Part shown: in pieces, positions 25,214 to 38,681 of the stretch | Layout of the letters: each line of letters begins with the position of its first letter | How positions within the stretch are numbered: position 1 is the stretch's first letter | Origin: Podarcis vaucheri | Taxonomy: Eukaryota | Assembly: GCA_965113315.1 (NCBI GenBank) | Contig: OZ220368.1 | DNA length: 64,000 nucleotides | Direction: 5' to 3' (one strand) | The notes under the pieces: model-generated | The model's database searches: none | What the model was told of the DNA's origin: nothing | The model's input: the letters and a program-made list of their open reading frames with translations, nothing else | Position numbers and translations under genes: made by a program

Positions 25214-25507
25214 ATACTCACACAATAGAAGTATGAAAAAAAATACAAAATTTTCCCATGGAAGAAGACATGACATTTCTTTATAAGAAAATCACTGCTT
25301 CTTTAGTTGAAAAACAGCACAAAATGGATTCTTCTCTTGGCACCTGGGAAACCTTTGGTATAAAATAACACAATTTCCCAGGGATGGATAAATGCTGTAT
25401 TTATTTTTGAAAACCAAAACCACATACGATAGCAGCATCCTCCCTCCAATGAGCTGTCCAAGCTATACAGGAACATGATGCTCTACAATACCTGTTCCTT
25501 TTGTTGG

Positions 25508-25680
25508 GGTAAAAAGGTAAAGGTAAAGGGACCCCTGACCGTTAAGGTCCAGTTGCTGACGACTCTGTGGTCTCATCTGGTTTTATTGGCCGAGGAAGCT
25601 GGCGTACAGCTTCCGGGTCATGTGGCCAGCATGACTAAGCCGCTTCTGGCGAACCAGAGCAGCGCACGGAAACGCCGTTT
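25508..25680 (-). mobile_element. Sauria SINE, 5'-truncated
   Basis: AAGGTAAAGGTAAAGGGACCCCTGACC tail; similarity ends after GGAAACGCCGTTT. Confidence 0.93.
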
Positions 25681-26924
25681 AAGACAACAATTTGAGCCTG
25701 AGAAGATATGATTGGGGGTAGGGGAAAGTTAAGTGCAAGAACAACCTGGCAAAGTACACGAACCTCTCCATTAGCTAGTTGTTTCTTGGTTTCACTAGCT
25801 GAGCAGCATGAAGGGACTAAGTGGGAGGGTAGCATATGGCTGATAGAAAGCATTGAGAAGAGAAGGCAGGGGGGACAACAGAAATGTGGAAGGAAATTTC
25901 CCTTCTAGTTAGCATCACCATCTTTTCTAACAGAGGCCCTGTGTTGTTAACAACTGCATGCCACACCACAGGCAGAATTTTAGTTGCTATAGCTCTCTCA
26001 ATTCTGTCTGAAAATACCTTAACCTTGCTCAATGTCTGCCTGTCACACAGCTTTCAAAGACTGCTTCAGTCATGTCAAATTACACCCCGGTCAGTTACAC
26101 ACACACACCCTCCAATCATGTGCACACACAACTTTCCTGAGTATTGCAAGCACAAACTCATTTATTGACACACAGTGTCTTTTTGAGTCTCCAAGTACGC
26201 TGGATAATTCTTCACTATTAAACAAGGCCCAAAGGATGAGTAGTACTAGGAATGAACCGAGGAATTATAAGCATTTGTCTTACCAAGTGCATTTAATCTG
26301 GGGAAAAAAGAAAGAATAGTCCAGTATTCAGAAAGCATTTGAATAAATGTTTTTAAAGAAACATAGGCCCCATTGCTTTAAAGCAATACTACTGAATGAG
26401 TTCTTTTGAAATCCGTACAATATGCGTTCCTCACAGTTTTGTGAAGTTTTTCTACTTGAATAGAAAAGGACTGGCAATTTGGTGAGCTGAAGGGCTCTCC
26501 TTCTCTCCAGTCCAGCTGGAGCAGACACAGGTGCCGTTCAGCCTCTCAAATGGCACCTCTTTTTGGTCTCGTTCCTGTTCTGTGATGAATGCTCTCCACT
26601 CCAGCATCACATGACCACACAAGTGACTACTGGCTCACTGCAGCAAAGCCTCTCCATAACCAGTTCATTTTACATTGCAGAGCACACAAAGCAATGGCTG
26701 GAAGAGGAAAGACACCCAACAAACCTCTTAGCATTTGCACTGTGACTATTCTCTCAACAGTGGCTATTCTCTCAACAGGGGGGGGGGGATCAGGGAATTA
26801 TAATTTATGTAGTGCTTCCCTTTGCAAGTCACTTATGCCAAGCCACACTGTTAGGGTCCTGAACATATAACCCCACTCAGTAACCTAAATTTGTTCCCAA
26901 TGTGCAAAGAAGAGGAGAATCAGG

Positions 26925-27143
26925 TCCCCTCTGTACTATACATTAAAAGTTGAAACATAGCACTTTAAACAGTCACTGCTTCCCCCAAAGAATTTTGGGA
27001 GCTGTAGTTTGTCAAGGATGCTGGGAATTTGTAGGAGGGTCCTAGTCCCTGCACAGATCTACAGTTCCCTGAGTGGTTTAATAACCAATCCTTCACAGGG
27101 AACTCTGAATTGTAGCTTTCTGAAGGGAATAGGGGCCTCCTCA
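26925..27143. mobile_element. Part of a palindromic squamate MITE (CACTTTAAACAGTCA..CCCCCAAAGAAT..GTAGTTTG family)
   Basis: Matches 52295-52435; internal inverted symmetry around CTACAGTTCCC / GAATTGTAG. Confidence 0.7.
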
Positions 27144-27452
27144 TGAATATTCATCAGAATTTTAGTGCAAATTTCTCCTAATAACTACATTTTTACCAAT
27201 GTACACATTTTTTGCAAGCAATTTACTCATATATTGCATTTTTGTATATTTTCACTAGCATCTTCATTTTTATGCACACTTTCTCCTGGTATCTGCACTT
27301 TTGTAAACAGTCATTGGATAACCGCATTGCAAAATTTGGCTAAGTGTGTTTTTTGAAGGATAGTGGTTTTGGTTTGCATTTTGATTTGGAACATGTGAAT
27401 TTGATAGGTTTGACTTTAAATGCATACTGGGTCAAATTTCTCCTTCATCCCT
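27144..27452. mobile_element. One end of an old hAT-like element (TAGGGATG terminus)
   Basis: Ends AATTTCTCCTTCATCCCTA; AT-rich TTTTGCA/TGCACAC subrepeats. Confidence 0.6.
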
Positions 27453-28697
27453 ACTCCAAACTGTCTTTAGTTATTCTCTTCAGTGTTTCCTCTAATCTCA
27501 TTTTCCCTTCTTTGATTCGTTCTATAAACCTTATCTTCAAAACTATGGACAATGGCACCAACTCGCCTTATGCACAGATCTGAACAATTCCTTTCTGCTA
27601 TCTCCCCACCAGTCAGTATGCAGTATCTCCTGATATGTTTCCATTTGGTATGGTATAAACATGATAATAATGCCAATGTATTTTCTTTGTGAAGAATGTC
27701 ATATGCATTTATGTACTTCTCAATAAAATGCACACATTCTCCAATAATGAAAGTGATAAGAAGGCTGCTTGGTGTAGTGTGCCATTTAATCTTTTCTGTG
27801 TCATTTCTGACCCAAGTTGGTGAACAGCCAGCAAAAAAAGTAATCTACCTTTCATTGTTTAGTTCATTCATCTTTCCACATCAGATTTAAATTGTTTGCA
27901 TTAATTACTTCTAAACCTCATGGGATCCAAGTCTATGTTCTCCTCAGCAAAACCAGGAAAGATAGTGGCTTGTGCAGTCAACAAAGTCAAATCGGAAGCC
28001 TTTTTTCCAGTCAGTTGTGGTTTTTTTTTTAAAAAAAACCTTCTTTGTTAAATACATTATAAATACTATAAAAATAAACCTTTCTTTTCTCATCACCGCC
28101 TGGATATTGTGTTATCTTGCACTGAATGCTCAGAAAAAGTTTAAACTTCATTGTAGGAAGTGTGAAATCTTTTAGCAATATAATTTCCCATGTATCCTGA
28201 AGCTGAATAAAAGCAATTCCTTTGGCTAGAGCAGAAGATACAGATATATTGATTTTTGTTTCCGAATAATGCTAAATATATTTCAACAGTCAGTAAGCAC
28301 GTTTTGTGTTAGTGAAAGACTTAACAAATAAAGTTCATTTGTTTTTAAAGCAATAACACACTCCAGGGTAGCAGAAGTATAAATTAAAGTCAGAGCTGTT
28401 TTTAAGTCATAGAGGCCATTAGATTGGCTTGACAGAGGTTTCCCAGGGTCTAAGACCACTGGTAAATGTAGTCACATATCTAGCCACCTATAACTTCTCC
28501 AGAATAAAGGATACAGATGTGTTTGAAGGTGGGTGAGCTACAACAGCGGGCAGTAGGGGTATGCAAGAGTCCCTCCCACCTTTTTGTTCCATTTGTTTTC
28601 ATGATTAAAGACTACTTTCATTAAATTATGTATTAGTTAAATCATATTCCTTTGATTATCCATTCACTCAACTTGTATTTGTTTTGGTACTTACACT

Positions 28698-28950
28698 TGG
28701 CTGTATCCAATGTAGTGTCAAAGTGAACATTCTGTGAGTGCAATAATTTCTGCCAGCACAATGGAATTTTATCTGCTTCTCCTCCCCCTGTGTGACCCCT
28801 AAATCAATTCTTGCCCCCCCCCCAATGTTCTGGAGCAAATTGAGGAAGGGCATGGAGTGTGCACATGGGTGGACAAGAGAGGGGGAAAGTCCCATTGTGC
28901 AAGTGGAAATCCTTGCACTGATGGGATACATTTGTTGAATACCACCCATT
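28698..28950. mobile_element. Old palindromic MITE-like repeat
   Basis: TGGCTGTATCCAA / TTGAATACCACC ends; inner GCACAATGGAATTT / AAAGTCCCATTGTGC symmetry; a related half lies at 15250-15390. Confidence 0.6.
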
Positions 28951-29339
28951 CATTCTCTTTCTCCACTCCTTTCCCCTTCTGTTTCATTGGCAGTGGTTGT
29001 TTTGTCCATTGCCTCCTTTTGTCACAATTGCAGAATGACTTAGACCTTGTGTTGCACAAGGACACATCTGGGAACAAAGGGCAGCCTCCAGCTAGGAGGC
29101 TCCTTTTGTGTGTGCGGCACATGTCACCCCACCATGGCAAGCAGTGTAATGCGCAAGAAGTTATGAGAAAACAAAATGGCAGCTGTGAGAAGCTTGGCTG
29201 AAATTTGCTGCGCTGCCATCTGAAACAAGGAAGCCCCTTTCCCCATTTTTTTTACTCAATCCGTTTCAGAAATAATAAATTCTCAACACACCCGATTCAG
29301 TTCTGTTCACTAATTCATTGTGAAATGATTGCACACATG

Positions 29340-29675
29340 TATGAGGCAAGAGGTTGCAGAGTCAGGGAACACTTCTTCACACAGCACGTAGTCCAAACTA
29401 TAGAATTTGCTCCCATAGAAGGTAATGATAGCCACCAACATGGACAACTTAAAAAAAAAAGAGAGGCTAGGACTATCAATGGCCGTAATGGCTATGTTGT
29501 CCACTGTCGGAGGCACTATGCATTTGAATACCAGTTGCTGGAATCACAGGTGGGAAGAGTGTCCTTCTGCTCCCTTTGTGCTTGCAGGCTTTCCAAAGGC
29601 ATCTGGCTGACCACTGTGACAACAGTACTGTACTAGATGGACCTTTTGCATGAACCAGCAGGACTCTTATGTTCA
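29340..29675 (+). mobile_element. CR1 family B 3' fragment
   Basis: ACTTCTTCACACAGCACGTAG..CTATCAATGGC..ACTAGATGGACC..CCAGCAGGACTCTTATGTTC. Confidence 0.82.
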
Positions 29676-30063
29676 GTTTCCATCCCACTTTATCAGGCAT
29701 TCCCCACCCACTTTGAAGCTTATCTTCGGAGCAAGATCATTGCTTTATTTTTAAATGAAAGCTGGCATTTTCAAGGTGCCAAATTATGTGTCCGTTTCCA
29801 CATCCAGCACTCAGGCTGTGGCAAAGTTAAAAAGGAGGCAGTCCCAGCTTGTAGTAGCCATTCCTTAGTGCTCAGTATATTAGATTACTGAGGCTGCAAC
29901 CCTATACACTCTTATCTGGGGGAAAGTCTCGTTGGATTTATTTCTGTGTAGACATGGATAGGATTGTCAGTCTCAACTTATGCTGTGTTTGCATTTCATC
30001 GTGAAAATTAATCTCAATGCAAAGTGAATTTATTCAGGGTTGCTAATGTGGAATAGATGGCAA

Positions 30064-30475
30064 TTTTATTTATTTATTGTTAAATGGTTTCCCAACCAGC
30101 CAGCCTAAAAGGTCCTTAAGATGGCTGACAATCATATTAAAGTTGTCTAAAATCCACTTTTAAAAACCACATTAAAATCGCCGATACAAAAGCAGCAAAA
30201 AAGAAACCATGCAAGCAGCATTAGTCAGTCAGCTAAATGCCTTCTTGAACAGAGAGATCCTGCCCTCCAGCTTCCTAAGTCAGCAAGCTAGCCACCCAGT
30301 CTTTTTAGAGCAGGAAGGCTGCTCCACAGAAAAAAGGCCCTGTTCCTTCATTGCCCCAAGGCTTCCTTATTTCCAAAGAATGGTCCATGGAATGTAGCTT
30401 TGCTTGATTATCTTAAAGCTGAAGTATGGACGCATATGGAGAAGCTGCACCTTCAGGCACTCTGGTCCCAAACCA
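30064..30475 (-). mobile_element. Degenerate L2 LINE 3' fragment
   Basis: (TTTA)n tail, then AAATGCCTTCTTGAACAG..AAAAGGCCCTG..CCTTCAGGCACTCTGGTCCCAAACC, typical of antisense L2. Confidence 0.6.
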
Positions 30476-32059
30476 GATGCTGCACACTGCAACTCCCAAC
30501 AGCCCCAGCCAGGATTGGCCAATGGTCAGATGTGATTGTTGTTCAGGGTGGGAAATGGTGACTTGGAGTCGGTTCTTCAACACAGCGACACCTCCCTAGC
30601 AGTTCACACTGTGCACTGAAGTTAGACAGGCTCTGACATTGTGCATATGGCATCCAATGTGAAAAAGCTTTTTTATTTTTTATTTTACAGACTTTCCTGG
30701 AAGGATCAGTTGTGGGTTCAGCTCCTCCCTTGGGCACATGGCAGAGCACCAATTCCATGCTAAGCATTCTCTTTGCAGTGGTTTTACTTTTCTGCAGTGG
30801 CTCCCCATTCAAAAGTTTGTGAGATACGACCAGAAGTATTGGGTTCAGAGGAAAATAGAAGGGAACAGAAGCAGGCCTAAAGCTGTGAGCCTTTGATCAG
30901 GATTGGAACAGCTAGATTCCCATACATTAGGAAGGTTTCTTCTCAATCCTCCCAACTGCAGCATCATTTTGATCTGGAGGAATACTCTCAAGGAAGTGGC
31001 AGACCCTATGTGCGCATTCTGGGGACCAATCATGTGAACCTCCCAGTCTGAACCTCCCAGCCTTATTGACTGACACTAGAAATGCAGCCAAGGAACAAAA
31101 ATATCCACCAAGTGCTCAAAATAGTCTAAGTGAATCCAGTGTCTGATGCATTCAGAATCACTCTAGTTGTGACAGCTTTGTATTACCTGACAATTTTAGG
31201 TGTTTATTTTCATTTTTGTTCTCCCAGTTAGGAGACGGGAAAGAGGCAAACATAGAGGCTTTTGAAGTAAATTACTCCTCTGATTTATTTCTGCCTTGCT
31301 TCTACAGAAGGCAATGTTGTTGCTATTTTTCACCGTATTTTGAAACATTAGAGACTTAAACCAAGCATTTTAGCTCCAGAAAGCTTCACTCACAGAGAAT
31401 CAAGGATTCATTTATTTCCTGGACACTAAACTCCTTTCTTACCTGGCTAAAAATGAATGATCGCAAAATACCTCCCAGCTCACATGTGAGGGCTAGGTGG
31501 TGAACATTTACCAGAAGATATGAGTGTCCTGAAAGCAAGTTTCTGCAATATAGCGGACCTATTCACACCATCCAAATTGGCAATTTGACAGCATGTCGAC
31601 TGAATGAATCTAAGTGGCTTTGCAGAGTACAGTAAGGTTAAAGTGGCATTGCAAACCGGGTGTGTGGCAGATCAAACCCACACCCACTTTGCTACATGTT
31701 TGAACTCTGCAAGGATCTAGTCAGCCCATATTTTCAACAGGTCGGTTGAGTGGTTGTGTGAATTAGCCAGAGTTGGCCCACCTCAGGCCAGTGGTGTGAC
31801 AGGGATTTGCACTAGCTTCTCTTGAAGGGAGGAACCAATGCAAAGTGTCACTGGCAGGTAGGAGGGTAGATCCATAAAGGATCTCCCCCAGTGTCCAGTG
31901 GGGGGAGTCTAATTATGAAATCCGCACCCACATTGTGTGGTGGCAGCAGGGAGTTTTGCCTCAAGTGCTGAAATGCCTTGGGCAACCCTGGGGAATTAGC
32001 CCATACAGCGTGCTAAAGAAGACTGCTCTGCTCCTTTCCAGTATACGAGACCACACCCA

Positions 32060-32325
32060 CACGCAAGCCACATCATTCTAGAAAAATGAAGATAAGACAC
32101 TAGTTTTAAAAGATGAGACACCCAGTGACAGGTTTCTAGAACCTGGCCTCCTTGTAGCGGATGGGAAGTCAGTGCAGTGCTCCCAGTATCTACCCAACAG
32201 AGCAAGTCTAGCAGGATACTGTGGTCAATGGCATTGAAAGCTGCCTAGAGATAGAACAGAAGCTTCAAGGCCAACCTCCCCATCTCTTTCTCATCTAGCA
32301 GGATGGCTAAGGCTGCTTCAGCCCC
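32060..32325 (-). mobile_element. L2 LINE reverse-transcriptase fragment (pseudogenic)
   Basis: Minus strand translates GAEAALAILLDE...LFYL*AAFNAIDHSILLD, a decayed form of the RT motifs TETAL..D / LDLSAAFDTIDH. Confidence 0.8.
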
Positions 32326-32327
32326 CC

Positions 32328-32804
32328 ACAAACCTGGAATACTCTGTCCAGTTCTGGGCACCACTATTTAAGAAGGAAATTGACAAACTGGAACATGTGC
32401 AAAGGAAGGCAACCAAGATGATCAAGGGTCTGGAAACTAAGTCTTATGAAGAATGGTTGATCAAGGTGGGTATGTTCAGAATGGAAAAGATAAGACTGAG
32501 AAGAGATATGACAGCCATCTTTAAATATCTAAAGGGCTGTCACATGGAAGATGGAGCAAGCTTGTTTTCTCTTGCTCTAGAGAGTAGGACTCAATCCAGT
32601 GGATTCAAGTTTAAAGAGATTGCCACTAAACATCAGGAAGAACTTTAAAGGGAAGAGTTGTTCAACTGTGGAACAGACTCCTATGAGATGTGGTGGACTC
32701 TCCTTCCTTGGAGGTTTTTAAACAGAGGTTGGATGGCCATCTGTCCGGTATGATTTAGTTGAGATTCCTGCACCCCTCGGTCCCTTCCAACTCTACAATT
32801 CTAT
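32328..32804 (+). mobile_element. 5'-truncated CR1 LINE (family A), ORF2 C-terminus plus 3' tail
   Basis: LEYSVQFWAPLFKKEIDKLEHVQRKATKMIKGLE..LRRDMTAIFKYLKGCH; ends GGTCCCTTCCAACTCTACAATTCTATG. Confidence 0.96.
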
Positions 32805-34340
32805 GGAGAGTATTCTCTGAAGCCATTACGTATCTCCACATCTCACTATTCAACAGCAAAGCCCTCAGCACTATTCACTGGTTCTTTCTACTGAAAAAAT
32901 TGACAGATCACTCAGGACTCTTTCAGAATCCCTTAGTCTCTAGAGGTCGGCGATCCTAAGTGGCCCCTCACCACTGCAAGAAGGTCTGCCACTACCTTTT
33001 GAAAATTACCACCCTTTCACAGCAATTGGTTCCCCATCAATTCCACCTTTCCTGTTTTTATTTTCACCCTTGTTTGAATTGCACTGCACTGTGCTCACAA
33101 GCAAGGCCAAACAATTCATGATTCAGGAGACCTGTGATCTGATTTTGGGTGGTTCATTCTCCACCCCACCCCTCCGCATCTTCCCCAGGTTAAATGTATG
33201 TATGTATGCATGTATGTTTTATTATTTCTACCCTGCCCACCTGGCTGGGTTGCCCACACTAGGGATGTGCAGGGTGGGGTGGTGGAAGCTAATGGAAGCT
33301 TACTTGGGAGGACTCTGATTTAAATCAAAGCTGTGAAATTGGGAAGAGGAGTTAAAACCATTTCCTCCAGCATCATAGCCACAGCCCAATTCAAGCATCC
33401 TATAGCTACTTTCAAATCTCAAAAAAGGTGGCTCTCTCGCATTTGGCCCTTGGTTGCACCATCACTTTTAATGTTAATGTTAATGTTAAGGTATCTGATT
33501 GGTTATGTCAGCTTCTACAATATTATTAAACAATGGCTGAGGATGTCATCATGATTTACATCACACCTTTACAGTGCAGGTACAGTAGACATTCTATTCA
33601 AAAGTAACTCCCACTGAGTTAAATGGCGCTTATTTCTAGGTAAGTAGGTGTAGGATAACAGACTCAATGGCAGCTTGTTTTCTACATGGAATTGGAAGGA
33701 GACACCCATCTTACCTGTGGATATTATTGTTAAAGATAGGAACATTTTCTTTTTTAACGGTTTTAAGAAAATTACATTTTTTTGCATATTTTGACAGCAG
33801 GTTAGGGTTTTTTTTATAAAAAAATTGTACCCTGTAAAAATGTACATTTTGATATGAAAGTCAAGAGCTGCAAAAAATTCAATACAGCTCTAAGGATTAA
33901 TTATTGAGGTTTTGGAGCTGACTCTCATTTCTCACTCTGCATTTTTGTGTTGCTGCATAACCTCATACATATAATGCATTAAGCTGAAAGTAAAATTGTA
34001 TTACATTATGTGTGACCCGAGTACAAAGGTTCATATCACATTTTTTCTTTAACACTGCATTTGTGATTATGTTTCTGATTATACAGTCTTTTAATAAAAG
34101 TCAAATTACTGATATGACACATTCAATGCAAAGGTTAGGTAATTAATTCCCACATCATGCCACTTTCCTTGGCAGCTTTCAAACATTACTATGAGTTTAT
34201 TATATATGCTGTTAAATGGCCAGTTCCATGATGACCTTTAAGTTTGCGAATAGTTGCGTTCAATAGGTCAGTATTTTTGTACACTCTAGTACAAATCCTG
34301 TTCCAGATTGTGTGGCTTGTGGCATTTTACCTTCTTATTA

Positions 34341-34343
<3 letters not shown>

Positions 34344-34384
<41 letters not shown>

Positions 34385-34394
34385 TGTGTGTGTG
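34344..34394. repeat. (TC)n(GT)n compound microsatellite
   Basis: Direct reading. Confidence 0.97.
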
Positions 34395-35721
34395 CATGTA
34401 TACACCAGCAATATGTATTTGAATGTAGTGCCTTTTACATAATTCAAAGAGTCAAGGATAAACAACCAAAAGGACAACAAACAACTTATCCCTACTTCCC
34501 CCTGCATTATGAAAACACTTATGAAAGTAAGATGGACCACAAAGAAAAGAACATGACAGAATCCAGTGAGGCAGCAATAGAAATAAAATGACTCAAAGAT
34601 ACCAGCAAATAAAATCATACTTGATACATTCACAGAAGGACTGAGTAGTGATATATTTAATGAAAGGCCACCAAATGGTTGCCAAGACTTCCATGTCCAT
34701 GGCTCCCAAAGACCTTAAGATGGTGGGCTCCGCTCCCCCACTCCCCGAATAGCAATATGCAAGGCTTTCTTCTACCATCAGTCCAGTGTAATTGGCCCTT
34801 TCAGGTATCACTAAACAGGCAGTTACAATATATCAATAGATATTTCAAAATTAGATTAGCAGTAGCAGCTGAGAATAGTGAGAGAAGACAAAGTGTAGGA
34901 TCTGATTCTACTTGTCGGCCAAAAATTAAGCTGATTTTCTGCAATACTGTCTCCCAAATGTGTGCTTATTCCCCAAAGGCGCCAGTAAGGTCCAATCTCT
35001 CTGCACTCCCTCCAACATCAGGTGTTGCCTATGTTGTGAATACACACCAATCAAATTGGATTATAAAACCATCAATGAGTAGTTCTGAGGGAGCTTTGCC
35101 CAATATTGGTGGAAACCAAGGGAAATTACCTGGTGAACCAAAGATTTTTCTACAAAGCTGGCTCCAGCTCCTCGCCCAAATCTCATTCCCAGATCTACCA
35201 GACCCACAGAAAAATCTATCATAGTTCATTCATGTCTTCTCAGCTTTCCTGTGCTCATCAAAATGAACCACGTGTCTTGGGATGACCTTTCCATGGCAGC
35301 TCATAGGTTTGGGCTGCAGCACTGCACAGAATTATATTTCGTACGTGTTATATAAAGGTGTATATCCTGTATTAACCTTGGAATAAATACTTAAACTGTA
35401 ATGCACACAGCCTGTTGAAAGTGAGTTACACTAGCAATATAGCCAGTCACTTAGAACTGGCATTTTTCAAATGCATCTGGGAACAGTTCTGCTATTCTGT
35501 TGTCTGTGAATTCAGGAAGGCATTGCTCAGACTCTAGATGGTACAACACAATACGTAAAACATTCCTTCCTTTCCAAGTCATTCCAATAGTTACCCATTC
35601 AACCAGAAGAGCAGAAGTAGACTTTATTTTTAAATGACTATCATTATAATCAGGGAAACCAGGCAGCTATAAGGCAGGTCACTAATAAGTAAGACCCACT
35701 ATTAAATATACATAGAAAATA

Positions 35722-36310
35722 CCGTATTTTTCGCCCTATAGGACGCACTTTTTCCCCTCCAAAAATGAAGGAGAAATCTGGGTGCGTCCTATGGGGCGAA
35801 TGCAGGCTTTTGCTGAAGCCTGGAGAGCGAGAGGGGTCGGTGCGCACCGACCCCTCTCGCTCTCCAGGCTTCAGGAACACATCCGCAGCCTAGGCAGCCC
35901 TACGGGAGGTCCGGCAGGGATGTCTAGGCTGCGGATAGCAGCCTGCCGCCCGGCGGGCGGGGCGCCCTGAAGCAGAGCGCCCCCCTCGCCAGGCAGACAT
36001 CCGCAGCGTGGGGAGCCTTGCCAGACTTCCCGGCAAGGCTCCCCACGCTGCGGATAGCAGCCTGCCGCCCGGCGGGCGGGGCGCCCTGAAGCAGAGCGCC
36101 CCTTGCGCGGGGCAGACATCGGCCAGCCCCACAAGCTCGGGGGACAGCAGGGAGGCGCAGCGCTGCCATCCCGCTGTTCCTCGATCTGGTTCTGTTTCCC
36201 TGACCTGCTTTTGGGGGGGGAAATAAAGGGAATTTTTTTTTCTTTATTTCCCCCCCAAAAAACTAGGTGCGTCCTATGGGACGGAGCGTCCTATGGGGCG
36301 AAAAATACGG
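35722..36310. mobile_element. Young GC-rich TcMar (Tc2/pogo-like) MITE, 589 bp
   Basis: TIR CCGTATTTTTCGCCC(T/C)ATAGGACGC at both ends, TA TSD, extra GCGTCCTATGG subterminal copies, internal 119-bp-period repeat, CpGs intact. Confidence 0.95.
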
Positions 36311-36349
36311 TATGTTTCTTGTTTAAATCAGTGGTTCAAGGCAGAAAGT

Positions 36350-36440
36350 CAAGCCAGTCAGTCTAACCTACCCTCAAGGTTGTTGTGGGGGTAACATATA
36401 GGGGAAAACCTTGTAGAGCACCCTGAGCCCCTTGGAGACA
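36350..36440 (+). mobile_element. MIR-like SINE fragment
   Basis: CAGTCTAACCTACCCTCAAGGTTGTTGTGGGG..CACCCTGAGCCCCTTGGAG; similar to 21190-21280. Confidence 0.7.
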
Positions 36441-38206
36441 GTGCTCTAGGTTATTAAACCTGTATCCACAACAGATTTTGTCTACCCATTGTACAGTGAT
36501 TATTGGTAATTATTTGTTGTCTGTTCCAAATCCAGATATGACAATCATAAACAAGTCTGAAACTTCCCAATTCAGAATATTCTAATCTCCTTTGCTCAAG
36601 TCCTTCCAAAATCACTACCTGTGACCACCTTATGAAATGAACAAAATGCTCCCTACAATGGATACTTGAATCAGAATTTGGCAGAGGTTAAGGCCTAAAC
36701 ACATAGGATATTATGCAGTTGACTAGTGAGTACACTGGCACACAGCCTGCCAAAACAAATTACTGGAACAAGGGTGTGAACGAAATTATCTGGCGAGTTA
36801 CAGTATGGTATCTCCTTACACCTACACATTCTCAGTAGTGCTATATGGGGAGCAATATTAGGTTTTGGATCTGTATTAGGTTTTAGTTCATGCACTCCAA
36901 TACAAGCATACATTGTGGAGGTACAGCTGCACATGACACATGGTAAAGAATCAGGTGGCAGTAGGAAAAAGAGGCAGAAACTATATCGAAATGGGACCCA
37001 GCAAGAAAAGGAATTGACCCACTGGGACTGCATTGAGTCTTACCCAAAGCTGTATGTACAAGTCCAGTGCAAAAGCAATTACGAGAGCCTTGTTCCTACA
37101 GTAGCATTTGTATTTCATTAGTAGAAGCCCACAGTCAACCAGCCATATGTTACACAAACAAGATGCATAACCCTACAATTATGAATGTCAAACGACAAAC
37201 TGTTAATCAGGAAACCATATTGCGAGTTCTGAATTTACCAAATACTGAATTAAAAAGTCATAAACACCTCTGCGAAAAGAAACAAGCGTGCCTCTAAAGA
37301 TAATTTATCAGGTCTGTGAAATTCATTGGTCATTGCAAATATTTGACTCAGCTTTTTGTTTTAACCCTGTTGAACAATGCAAGGTCAAAAACAAGTCATG
37401 AATGCCTTTTGGAGAAATGTTTAATAACCACCGAGATTAATGATTTTGCTCCAACCTACAGCATCCTTTGTCTACTCAGACTGTTAAAATCAAAAGTCAC
37501 AACATGTGCTGTTCATCCATGCAATTAGAAATATCTGATGCTACCAGACCCATTTCCTTTGTGATCTTTTTATAGAGCTGGAGTTAATGCTGAATATAAT
37601 CGCCATCCAATCAATGGTATTGTGCTTTCTCCAATGAAAACCACATTCAACATAACTGCTGCTAGTTCCTGTTTAAAGTCCTAATCAGAGATGCTGCCAA
37701 CATGTAATCACATTGCATAATAAATTGTTGTAATATAAAATGAGTAAAGCAGATTCTTCTTTGCACACCAAAAAATGTAGTACTTTAAACACAGTTACCC
37801 AAGGGTTTATTTTTAAATGTCTCAAAGTAAGGGCCAAGTGGCTATAAATGTGAGGACTGAGTAGAACCAGTAAAACCCACAGAGTCTTTAATGGATTTAT
37901 ATGGTTCATGTTGGGCTAGGCTTCATCAGGAAAGAAGAACCAAGGTGGTGTCTGTTGAACTCTGTTCTTGGTTAACAGCACAAACTCTCTCCTGTTGAAG
38001 ATAATTATATTGCTTTTCCACCAGTTATAACCAGCAGCATTCTGTGAGGGTGGTGGAGTGGCTAATGGGAAGATGTAAGGTGGCAGTGAGGTTGGTGGCA
38101 ATGGTTTGCCACTGCCACTCCACCCTGTCACATATGTATTCAGAATGTGGCTTGCAGATAATCTGGTCAAATAGCTGAGACTGACCTGGGTAGTTGCAGA
38201 TTATCC

Positions 38207-38620
38207 TGTCATAGTCTCATTGCTGGGCATCAACGTGCAGAAGTCAGTGGAGTGGGAGGCCAGCCAACCAGAAGAGTCGCTGACGTGTATTTGTCTAGAG
38301 GCAGATTCAGCATCCAAAGTCAGGTCCAGTCCCAGGGTTGGGCAAACAGCAATCTGCATAGCCAGACAGTCCAGGGGTCAGGGAACCTGATGATCATGGG
38401 GTCAAGATGAGCAGGAAACAACAAGGTAGAGCCAGGAACTACAAGCATTGTTATCAGCACCTGACTGCTGCTAGAAGCTGTGCTTAAGAAGGCTGAAGCC
38501 AGCTGGTTCTCATCAGTGCCTTCTCTGTGTTCTTGAAGGCTGATCAGCTGCAGGTGGAGTCACTCCACCTTCTCCCCTTTCAGGCTGCTGTTCAGAAGGC
38601 AAAGCTGACTCCTGGCTCTT
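38207..38620. mobile_element. Possible solo LTR (Gypsy-like), degenerate
   Basis: Starts TGTCA; GTCAGGTCCAG/GGGGTCAGG repeats then TTGTTATCAGCA..GCTTAAGAAGG..CAGCTG resemble antisense vertebrate Gypsy LTRs; right end and TSD not resolved. Confidence 0.4.
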
Positions 38621-38681
38621 ACCCTAATTTTCCCACCATGAATTTTAATGTGCATTTTATTTGTTGTATACATCTCAAATA

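Noticed and set aside
34679-35224. 181-aa ORF
   Set aside because: Non-ATG start, no family similarity I can recognise, no splice context
35881-36120. CRISPR-like repeat/spacer appearance
   Set aside because: Only two units, inside a TIR/TA-bounded eukaryotic MITE, variable parts are self-complementary, no cas genes
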